Under the pieces are notes generated by a model. That model saw only the letters and a list, made by a program, of their open reading frames with translations. It did no database searches and was not told where the DNA came from. A stretch of 63,707 nt of DNA, the filler included, from Octopus bimaculoides (lineage: Eukaryota): the NCBI RefSeq assembly GCF_001194135.2. It is 5 parts of 5 records of this genome, joined end to end, with 100 filler letters (N's around TTAATTAATTAA, not from the genome) between each part and the next. Parts side by side here need not be neighbours in the genome. Positions count along the whole stretch, not along the records: positions 1 to 28,713 come from NC_069000.1; positions 28,814 to 31,487 come from NW_026329738.1; positions 31,588 to 50,940 come from NC_068995.1; 2 more parts are not named here. One strand, given 5' to 3'. Of this stretch, positions 24,999 to 36,009 are shown piece by piece; positions within the stretch are counted from its first letter, which is position 1; each line of letters begins with the position of its first letter. Both the position numbers and the translations under genes were made by a program.

Positions 24999-27092
24999 CT
25001 AAACAAAAGATAACAAAAACAAAAAGAAATTTAACGAGTCCAGTTACCATCGTTATGGACCTTATAACCACAATCGTGCCAACATCGATGACCAATTTTT
25101 TTTTTAGCTGAGCCAGCACAAGCAGCATTTGCAGTGGTGGACACTCAATCCATTAGAAAGAGCAGAGCAAAATTCCCCTCAAATCACTCCACATCATCTT
25201 TCACTTTTATTGTTTAATTAGGAAGCAGAACCTCCCTGGTGGTTTTGCCCATAACTTTCCCATGATCTCCCACACTGATGACATCAATATGGTTGGTGTT
25301 TCATTTTGATCATCTCTAAGCTGATGTCTGCAGAAAAAAATGTGAATGTGGAAGATATTCCAGAGGGATGATGCATTGGGAAGGAAGGAAGGATTGGGCT
25401 CAGAGGTGATTAAGGTCTCTGGAAAGAGTGAGTCTCGATGGTACAAAGGTAAAGTTGTTGTGTCAGAATGGAGAGAGAGAGAGAGAGAAGATAGCAGCAG
25501 GTGTAGAATGTTGATGACTGAGTTTTTATCAATATGTGGAATCACCATCTTTGGAATCAAAGGATACGTGTAGCAGTAGCGCATATCACATTTAGGAACA
25601 ATATTGCACTATAAAAGACTTACTGGACCACAGCTGACTCTCAGACGCAGTTTTACTTATGTTTATGAAACTACCAATTAAGATTAAGAGTAATAACATT
25701 AGGTCAATAATTGGTCAAAACAGAGAGGTAACCTTTCTTTGAAATGAGGTACTCATCATATTCTTTAGAATTTTGAATTGTTGCTATGAATGTGCAACAG
25801 CATCAGGAATTAAATATGAATAATATAGTGCGGGTGACACGTAAAAGCACCTACTACACTCTCTGAGTGGCTGGCGTTAGGAAGGGCATCCAGCTGTAGA
25901 AACTCTGCCAAATTTAGATTGGAGCCTGGTGTTGCCATCCGGTTTCATCAATCCTCAGTCAAATCGTCCAACCCATGCTAGCATGGAAAGCGGACGTTAA
26001 ACGATGATGATGATGATGATAGTATCAACAAGCAGGAGAATACCTACATGAAAACTGAGATTTTAATATTCAGATACACAGATGTCCTCGGGAGAGATGT
26101 ACATTCCCACCAAAATTATTCATGAATCAGATTGAATATACATCATCATTATCATTTAACATCCGTTTTCAATGCTGGCATGGGTTGAACGGTTTGACTG
26201 AGGACTGGCAAGACCAGGGGCCACATCAGATTGGCTCCGTTGTTCTGCAGCTGGATGCCCTTCCTTACGTCAACCACTTTACAGAGAGTACTGGGTGTGT
26301 TTTACATGGCAAGCACTGGTATTGGTTTTGCTGTGGTGGAAGGGTCTCCTCAAGTACAGTAAGGCCCTTGATATCTTGGTCCTTCATCACATTTTTATAT
26401 ATAATTAATTTGTATGCTCGTCAGCAAACCATCCATTAGTCTATCTCCCCTTTGAGAATGCACACAAACCTGACCTCCAGGACAAAAGGGGACTGAGGAA
26501 GAACGATGACACAGCAGCACCAAGCCCAGATCTCAGAATTTCCCTGACACTGTAGTTTGGGTTGCCTGCCATGTACAGGGCTTAATAAGCCCCTAGTTAG
26601 CCTGCAGTGTAGACAGGCCACTTCATGAATCTTCGCCCACAAATCTTAGCTACAATAATAATGTTACAAAGAGTACTATGGAATCTTCATAAGACAATCA
26701 TCCATTCTCGTCATATCTAGTTATGGTCGTTGCAGGTGCCATGCAAATGGCACCCGTGAATCGTAGTTGTGGTCGCTGATGGTGCCATGTAAATGGTACC
26801 TGTGCCAGTGGCCTGTAAAAGCACCCATTACAATCCTGAAATGGCTGATATTAGGAAGGGCATCCAGATGTAGAAACCAAACCATTCCAAATCAGACTGG
26901 AACCTGGTGCAGCTCTTCAGTTCCATTCAAACCTTCTAACCCATGCCAGCACAGAGTGCAGACATTAAATGATGATGATGGACATGAACTGTTGGTGCGC
27001 TATTTCCATTCTTATTTATGTATTTTTTAAAATTTATGGCTGTTAGTTTTATTAAATCAATCAAAGCAAAAATGTCAGCTAATGTCTCTTAC

Positions 27093-27231
27093 CTTGCTGG
27101 TAATGTAGACTTGGTCTTTGTCCGTTTCCTCTTCAGCGATTTATTGAGGGTAGAATCATCTCCAGACCAATGAACTTCATCACCACCATCTTCCTCTAAT
27201 GATTCTTCTTCAACACTGACATCTTCAGCAT
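27093..27231 (-). CDS. CFDP1: CFDP1/BCNT internal exon (first visible; the upstream exon must end in phase 1)
   Basis: gtatttttAG / GTAAGA; 2 nt + AEDVSVEEESLEEDGGDEVHWSGDDSTLNKSLKRKRTKTKSTLPA + ag; joins the next exon to give PARKRR as in human SIPARKRR; 139 nt. Confidence 0.9.
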
Positions 27232-27264
27232 CTAAAAATACAAGTTTATCATAAATATATATGT

Positions 27265-27315
<51 letters not shown>

Positions 27316-27832
27316 NNNNNNNNNNNNNNNNNNNNNNNNNNNNNNNNNNNNNNNNNNNNNNNNNNNNNNNNNNNNNNNNNNNNNNNNNNNNNNNNNNNNN
27401 NNNNNNNNNNNNNNNNNNNNNNNNNNNNNNNNNNNNNNNNNNNNNNNNNNNNNNNNNNNNNNNNNNNNNNNNNNNNNNNNNNNNNNNNNNNNNNNNNNNN
27501 NNNNNNNNNNNNNNNNNNNNNNNNNNNNNNNNNNNNNNNNNNNNNNNNNNNNNNNNNNNNNNNNNNNNNNNNNNNNNNNNNNNNNNNNNNNNNNNNNNNN
27601 NNNNNNNNNNNNNNNNNNNNNNNNNNNNNNNNNNNNNNNNNNNNNNNNNNNNNNNNNNNNNNNNNNNNNNNNNNNNNNNNNNNNNNNNNNNNNNNNNNNN
27701 NNNNNNNNNNNNNNNNNNNNNNNNNNNNNNNNNNNNNNNNNNNNNNNNNNNNNNNNNNNNNNNNNNNNNNNNNNNNNNNNNNNNNNNNNNNNNNNNNNNN
27801 NNNNNNNNNNNNNNNNNNNNNNNNNNNNNNNN

Positions 27833-27866
<34 letters not shown>

Positions 27867-28713
27867 AACAAAACAGTTTGTTTCAAATTCCATGGTACTT
27901 AAAGTTTCAAAGTGTGATACTTATCCTCTGGTTTGTTTGAAATCAATAATCTGGAAAGGCTTTGGACTCGAACATTGAGGGTAAAAAAAATGAAAAGAAA
28001 CTGATTTCACCCCTAGGATCTTCTTACTACTTTTAGTGAGAAAAGATCTTTGGACGCTGGGCCTCACTGAGGAAATGACAATGGACTGGGAGATGTGGTG
28101 ATTTGCTGTACTTGAGAAGACACATCAAGTTAATTGAAAATCACCGTCTTCTGCACATACAAGCTTGTCCACTTAAAAAGCACCCTTGCCAGTGTTGTGT
28201 AAATGCACCTGTGCCAGTGGCATGTAAGAGCACCCTGCACACTCTGTTAAGTCGTTGGCATCCGCTGTAGAAGCCATGCCACAACAGGCATTTGGAGTCT
28301 GGACAGCTCTCTACTAGCCAGCTCCATGCCAAACCATTAACCCATTCTAGCATGGAAAGCTGATGATGATTATCAAAAGTAGTAGATTGACAGAAGTAGC
28401 AGTTTACCCAATTAAATAAGGGTCAGTCAAATAAGGACCAATTGAGCACGGGGGAGGGGGAACAACGTAACTTACTTATTCCCCCCCCCTCCTTTCCACG
28501 AAATTTCAGGCCTTGTGCCTGTAGTAAGGATTATTATTTCGCTGGGCATTAAATGCTTAGCCGTATTTTCTCCGTCTTTACATTCTGAGTTCAAAATCCG
28601 CCAAGGTCGACTTTGCCTTTCATCCTGTTGTGATCGATAAATTATTATTATTATTATTAGACGACAAGCTGGCAGCAGTGTCGGAAAGAGTGCTTTGTCG
28701 TATCTGCTCCCAC

Positions 28714-28813
28714 NNNNNNNNNNNNNNNNNNNNNNNNNNNNNNNNNNNNNNNNNNNNTTAATTAATTAANNNNNNNNNNNNNNNNNNNNNNNNNNNNNNN
28801 NNNNNNNNNNNNN
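28714..28813. other. Artificial scaffold-join spacer (44 N + TTAATTAATTAA + 44 N)
   Basis: Exact 100-nt pattern; the 12-mer has stop codons in all six frames. Confidence 0.9.
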
Positions 28814-30490
28814 CTCTCAATTCAAGTTAAATAAGTAAATTATCTTACACATCCTCAGGGTAATAAGTAAAAAGTAAACACCAAAAAGTTTATAGTCTCT
28901 AAGTCAGATCCATATTTAAGTTCATCCTTAAATAAAAGTCTGTCTAAGGGAGAAAACCCTAATAATATTAATAATTATAAACAATCAAGTATTATAAATT
29001 ATTGATCCCTGGTAATAAATCCTAAACTAATGGAAATCTATATTATATTATCTCTAGAAACTTTAGTAAATAAATACAAATACAAATATACAATTTGATT
29101 ATTAGTGATAAATTACACTTTTAATATATCCTGCCTTTTAAACCTAATATTATAATATAATACCCGATCATACTGAAATTTATAATTTATTTAAACCAAA
29201 AAAACGTATGTCTAAGAAAATGGCTACATCTGAAAGCATTGTATGTGAGTTTATTTATTAATTTACCCTTAGAGAATAATATAAAATATAATTCTAGAAT
29301 TACACAATGAGCAATATCTCTTACCTTTGTCATAAGGGAAAGATTTTCCAATAATTGACCATTCTAACGAATATTGCTTTTTTCGTTCCTTCAGTTCCCA
29401 AATGAATTTACTAAGACTAGTATTTGCTATTTTACTTCTATCTCTAAAAGTATTATAATGATTCGATATTCGTTTACAAATTTTTCCCGAAGAACAAGCC
29501 ATGTATCTGTAAACATCTGTTTGAGTCGTTACTTGCATTGATAGACTATATTCTTCAATCTCACATTTGGGCCTTCAAACTTCAATCTTCTGGGGTTAAC
29601 CTCTGTTACTGTAATCATAGTATGATTATGATTATTATTATTATTTATATCGGGGTTCTCATCACTATCCTCCCCAATTCCCTTTAATTTAAGTATTTTA
29701 AAATTATGAGCTGCAATTATTTGGGCTAAGTTCTTAGTGTTTGAGAAACCAAACCTAATGCTATATGTATTAATAATTTTACCATAATGTGAATTCTTTG
29801 GGAAATATCTACTTATCACCTCCCTAAACTGTGCAATCAAATTAGATTTAACATTTCTACCAAAAGGGACTATGAACCATATATTATCATCTTTAGTGTT
29901 ATCACAGTTATTTGTATAATTCTTAAAATTTTTTTAATTATCTATGTCACGTTTATGAACATCTCTGGGTTTATTTTTCTTATTTCCTCTTAGCTTATTC
30001 TTATACTTATTATTCTTATAATTCATATCTGTCTTAATGTTGTTACGATCAGGTTCAACATAGTAAACCTTCTCTTTGTATCCTGTCCTATTTAATGCAG
30101 AATTATAGAATTGAGCTTCATTGTCAAAAATCCTATCATTTGCAGATAACTTAGAAAGTCTTAATGAAATATTTCTTACTAAATTATCGATAATTTTTCT
30201 AGGATGATTACTCCACTTACTGATATATTTCAGGTTAGTGGAAGGTTTATGATATGGTCTATATGTCTCATTTTTAATATCTAACGTCACATCTAAGAAA
30301 TTTGCTAAAGAAATATTGTCTTCATAAATGATATTCATCCCCATTCTACGAAAAAATCTAGCCAATCTACCTTTAATTCTCTGTAATTGTTGGTTGGAGC
30401 TATTCCTAATATATAGAAGGCAATCATCCCTATATAGACCACCCCCTAATCATAGGAAATTGATCATCCAATTCATAAAGAAAACCCCTA
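28814..30490 (-). mobile_element. Penelope-like element: RT (domain 5 onward), linker and GIY-YIG endonuclease, frameshifted
   Basis: GLYRDDCL near 30420-30445, FLDVTLDIKNETYRPYHKP..YISKWSNHP..I..NL, and GIY-YIG remnant YMACSSG..KRISNHYNTF...SLSKFIWELK..YSLEWSII..PYDKG..CSLC. Confidence 0.9.
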
Positions 30491-30822
30491 CCGATGTATC
30501 TTTTTACATTGGATCTTCCTCTTCACCAATTTCCAGAAGAATACCAAACCATTATTCCTCTTTTAAGGATAGAAATAAACGTAACACCACGAGTCTTAGC
30601 AAATTAATTTGGGGACTTAAAGATAACAACATACAATTTAACTTAGACTGGCTAATTATCTCCACACCTATACCATACGATAAAGGTAAGGAATTTTGCC
30701 CATTATGCAATACGGAACTGTTCTTCATTTTATTCTCGAAGAATAAACTGGTGAACATGTTCAGCGAAAGAGCGTACAGATGTAAACATTGGCAAGCTCA
30801 TGTGTTTTCTTCATATGGATAA
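30490..30822 (+). mobile_element. Second GIY-YIG endonuclease coding segment, inverted relative to the Penelope ORF
   Basis: FYIGSSSSPISRRIPNHYSSFKDRNKRNTTSLSKLIWGLKDNNIQFNLDWLII..PYDKGKEFCPLCNTE..ILF..LVN...CKH; open to TAA at 30822. Confidence 0.85.
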
Positions 30823-31487
30823 CCCCTACAAATTTATATAACGGAGACGACTTACCTATTTATCTATTAGTTATTTACATAATTCAAGCGATGCAAGTTA
30901 ATTATACCTTTATATGTATAAAGGTATAATTGGCTTGTATCGCTTGATATATGTTATCTGAACACTTTCTATCTTTTGAACCCAAATTAGGACACCCAGC
31001 ACGTCTAAAAACATGAACTTAGACATTACTTTCAGTTTAACTTAACATAAACATTACTTCCAACTAAGTTCAATACGTTGTGCTCCAATAACCTTATACC
31101 TTTGATTTCATTACTCTTTCGTAACTCTATCTCCTTCACTTGTTGCTTTCACTTTCTTCAGCAAAGATAGGAGTTATTTATCCTGTTTAGGCTATGTTAG
31201 TGGCATTATTCTGCGTCTGAGAATTTTAATTGTCTTCTTTAACCTTCTTAGACATATCTAAGATTCTGAAAGCAACCTTAGCTCGTTTGTTTACGTTTAT
31301 CGTAAGATGAATTCAAAGCATATAAATATTTTCTTCTCCCTGCTTTATTATGCATAAAATACTGCACCACACAAAATTTTATTTTATCTATTGGAAAACC
31401 CTTACATCAACAAATATAGAGCGTGATTATCGAAGTAATAGACTAGTAGTTAGTGACTTCAGGATTAGGGCCAAGTGGTTGCCCAGG

Positions 31488-31587
31488 NNNNNNNNNNNNN
31501 NNNNNNNNNNNNNNNNNNNNNNNNNNNNNNNTTAATTAATTAANNNNNNNNNNNNNNNNNNNNNNNNNNNNNNNNNNNNNNNNNNNN
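31488..31587. other. Artificial scaffold-join spacer
   Basis: 44 N + TTAATTAATTAA (31532-31543) + 44 N. Confidence 0.9.
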
Positions 31588-31725
31588 GTGTACATTTCAT
31601 TTCTTTAATTTTTCTTTGTGTGTGTTTTGTGCTACATCTTGTGGGTAGTTTTCAGTGGCCATCCTGCCTCGGGCGTTCTAACAGATTTCATTTATCGTGC
31701 GTTTCTCGCACTGGCAAGGGAGCCC

Positions 31726-32028
31726 TGTAGTAACGCCGTGCGCATGCGTAGTCTCACGCATGCGTAGAATTAAACAACCAAGCGTTCCAGCTCAATTCAT
31801 TCTCTTTCTTGCTGGCCAGCGATTGAGCATAGACGTGGTTAAGCTGTCTCTCAACATATTTCGGACTTACACTCGACAGCTCGCTTACAACTACAGAACA
31901 ACGTCCCAACAACTATGCTCACACACACAGAAGCTGTAACAACAAGAACTAAAGATGTATATATTTACCACCTGAATAAATGTTGTTTAAGTTGATAGTC
32001 TGGAGTTCAGCGTTCCGTTTATATTCCA
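31726..32028 (+). mobile_element. Probable 3' LTR of a Gypsy-like retrotransposon
   Basis: Begins TGTAG after a purine-rich PPT-like ggcaagggagccc, contains AATAAA at about 31975 and ends tatattcCA; no matching TSD, and the internal region is cut by the join. Confidence 0.45.
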
Positions 32029-32884
32029 TTAATTTTATATAGGAAAGTCAGGTATACATCTAATGATGTATAACCAACTTTCCTATAGTCTCATAGCAAA
32101 TTCGTTGAAAGATGGGTGACTGTTGGAAGAATGGNNNNNNNNNNNNNNNNNNNNNNNNNNNNNNNNNNNNNNNNNNNNNNNNNNNNNNNNNNNNNNNNNN
32201 NNNNNNNNNNNNNNNNNNNNNNNNNNNNNNNNNNNNNNNNNNNNNNNNNNNNNNNNNNNNNNNNNNNNNNNNNNNNNNNNNNNNNNNNNNNNNNNNNNNN
32301 NNNNNNNNNNNNNNNNNNNNNNNNNNNNNNNNNNNNNNNNNNNNNNNNNNNNNNNNNNNNNNNNNNNNNNNNNNNNNNNNNNNNNNNNNNNNNNNNNNNN
32401 NNNNNNNNNNNNNNNNNNNNNNNNNNNNNNNNNNNNNNNNNNNNNNNNNNNNNNNNNNNNNNNNNNNNNNNNNNNNNNNNNNNNNNNNNNNNNNNNNNNN
32501 NNNNNNNNNNNNNNNNNNNNNNNNNNNNNNNNNNNNNNNNNNNNNNNNNNNNNNNNNNNNNNNNNNNNNNNNNNNNNNNNNNNNNNNNNNNNNNNNNNNN
32601 NNNNNNNNNNNNNNTGTGGCCAATAAAACGAATTAATTATTATTATAATTGTTGCTGTTGTTTTATCAGGAGTACTGGATTGGTTGATATCAAACTGCAT
32701 TCCACATCGTTAGCTATCTGGCACTTACCGTGACCAGCAAAAAGACAATCTGTAAAAGCAGGAATTTCATCTCGATATCTGGCATCTTCAGGGAAGTATT
32801 CAAACTTCTGGCAGCTGTTCATTTCACACTTCTTATAATTGCATTAATGATAACTTTATGACAATTCCAGCTTCTTTGAATTTC

Positions 32885-33520
32885 GCGTTGGCGAGCTGGC
32901 AGAATCGTTAGCGCGTCGGACAAAGTGTTTAGTAGCATTTCTTTCGGTTCTTTACATTTGACCCTTTACATCCTGAGTTCAAATTTCGCCGGGGCCGACT
33001 TTGGAGTCGATAAAATAAGTACCAAAATTTCAGGCCTTGTGCCTATAATAGAAAGAGTTATTATCATCATTCTTATCCTTAAAAGTCGGTGAGCTGGCAA
33101 AATCGTTATTACACCAGACAAAATGCTTAACGGCATTTCTTTCGGCTCTTTAAATTCCTAGTTCAAATGCAGCCGAGATCAACTTTGCCTCCACCCTTCC
33201 GTGTCTATAAAGTAAGTACCAGTAAAGCATTGGGGTTGATGTTGGCCCACTACACCAAAATTTTAAGCCTTGTGCCTATAGGGTTATTATTATTTTGCAG
33301 CAAGGTAGCAGAATCGTTAGCACGCTGGGCAAAATGCTGAGCGGTGTTTCACCCGTGTTTACATTTTGAGTTCAAATTCCACTGAAGTCGACTTTGCCTT
33401 TCATTCTTTCGAAATCGATAAAATGAGTACTAGGTGATCACTGGGCTCATTGTAATCGACTATCCTTCTTCTCCAAATTTCAGGCCTTGTAATTATAGTA
33501 GAAAGGATTATCATCATTAT
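32885..33520 (+). mobile_element. Cluster of three head-to-tail family A SINE copies
   Basis: ggcgagctggcagaatcgttagc-type heads at about 32890, 33088 and 33305, separated by (att)n/(atc)n tails. Confidence 0.75.
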
Positions 33521-34030
33521 TATTATTGTAAACAATAGTTTACAGTCCAATAAAATACTTTATGAAAACAGCGATAAGATACAATAGTGTAGCAACGTGT
33601 AGCATCACACGAGGCTGACTGATGAAAGACTGTGATATGTCAGCATAGATAGCCACACAGCGAAGTAGGATATCAGTAAACAGGTCATCGATGCATGAAA
33701 TCTGTAAAATTTCAACTCCGGATACAGTCAGCTTACACGTTGAACTCTATGCTTAGCTGACACCTTCATCAGTAAGTAGCATAGCAAAGAGAATGGTAGA
33801 TATGTGCTGTTATTATATACACCGTTACATGTACTGGAACTGCCAATTTCTCAAAACACCAATTACTGTGGAAATAACTCGCCCAAGAGTTCCAATTACC
33901 AAAATAGCCGTGAAAAACAGAATTTGAAATTGCTTCGAGAAACGAGTGGCTGTAATAATTATATGAATAAATAATTTGTAATTAAAGTGAATATATATTT
34001 TGTTATGCGTAACGTGAAGAAAGAAGGCTT

Positions 34031-34447
34031 GGTACTTTTTGGTTATCTCATCCCCATTAAAAAATTGGGTTATCTCACCACGTTTTATGAAAAATATCGG
34101 TACTTTTGGTTATCTCCCCAAACAAAAAAAATGTTTATACCACAATAAAACAAAAACAAAAAAAGAAAAAAAAGAAAAATTAATAAATATGAAAACTGAA
34201 AAAATGAATAAACAGGAAGACTGAAAAGATTAAACATCTTATTGAATCTAATAACATTTTCATAACAAATCATACTATGTCTATTGAAGGGGACAAATGT
34301 CAACAATGTGTTGAAATACTGAATCAAAAGGATCTAACCTTTTTAATCCAATCTATTCTCGCCTCATAAACTTAATTTGTTAGTGGGGAGATAACCCAAT
34401 TTTTTAATGGCAATTTTTTAATGGGAGTGAGATAACCAAAAAGTACC
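34031..34447. mobile_element. Merlin/IS1016-like MITE (417 bp)
   Basis: TIRs with 20 identical terminal bases ggtactttttggttatctca and further imperfect match; 8-bp TSD gaaggctt (34023-34030) / gaaggctc (34448-34455); GGTAC fits the Merlin GGNRM terminus. Confidence 0.75.
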
Positions 34448-34524
34448 GAAGGCTCAATGAAAATCATGTGAAGCGGTTTTACAGCAATGATTTACACAAG
34501 ACTTCACACGCGCGCCCGCCCGCC

Positions 34525-34561
<37 letters not shown>

Positions 34562-35919
34562 AAATAAGTATAAGTATAGCTAATATTTGTTTATATATTT
34601 GCACTATGAGTGAGTATATGTATATATCTATATATTGAATACGTATGTACTTTTATAGTTCGAAGCACTTCAAACTGTAATGTATACGTATGTATGTATA
34701 CATATGTGTGTGTCAGATTATGTATGTATGTATGTATGTATGTATGTATGTATGTATGTATGTATGTATGTGTGTATATATATAACATATCGTACAGCTA
34801 ACGTGTTTATATATGCAATGTGTGTGTGTGTTTGTTTGTGCGTGTGTGTGTGTGTATTATATATACCTACACAATTTGATGCCTGATTTATTGATGTTTT
34901 TTTTTCTTTCTTACATAATTAAAGATGAATAAGTTAATTAGACTGATTGTCTTCAGTGGATGAAGGGGAGAGGGAATGGTAGGTGTGGTGGTCATATATT
35001 TGTCTACATCACTCACTACCTCACACTACCACTCACTTTTATATGCTCCTTGCTAATTCAAAATTATAATCTTTTCCACCATAGAGTTTCTTTGATGAAA
35101 TGTCTTGTGCACAACAACAGCGACGACGACGACGATGATTGTTATGATGATGATGATGATTGTTATGATGATGATGAAGATTGTTATGATGATGATGATG
35201 ATGATGCTGACGACGACGTTGACGACGACGACGATGATGATGACTATTGATTTCTAATTCTAGGCACAAGGCTATATATTTTGAGGTGTGCAGGTAGGGA
35301 AGCGTCAATTATATTGATCCCAGTACATGACTGGTACTTAATTTTATCGATTTTGGAGGACTGAAGGGTAAAGTTGCCCTTGGAGGGTTCCCAAATCACA
35401 ATGTAAACAGAAACATGTTCGCCACCGCTTCACTGGTTCTGCTGATTCTGACATGACATAGACACATGTTGGCCACCGATCCAGTGGTTCTGCCAAACTA
35501 GATATACACTCCTGTTGCCATGCCCTTCGCTGTTTCTGCCATGCCAGACGTGGCATACATACAAGACAACATATTCTGAGATGTGGTACAGTTGATTAGA
35601 TCAGATACCAGTATTTTATTGGTATTTTGTTTTACCAATACTGGGAGCATGAAAGGTAAGATGGTCACAGAAAGATTGGAACTCAGAATACAGAGAAACG
35701 TAGTTGAATGCAACCAATCATTTACAACGAAGTTCTTCTCATTGTGTCAGTCCCCAGACTTTGGAGGTAGAGATATAGAGAAATCCTTCATATTTCGAAA
35801 ATCTCAACGTTAAAAACATATATAACTTTTTTAATAACGACACACAAAATTATTAACAAAGACACATATACAAACGCATAAACATAATATATAATATAAT
35901 ATAATATAATATAATATAA

Positions 35920-36009
<90 letters not shown>

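Noticed and set aside
28814-28860. CTGAGGA on the minus strand at the 3' end of the Penelope element, where a hammerhead is expected
   Set aside because: The rest of the motif would lie in the gap, so it cannot be assessed.
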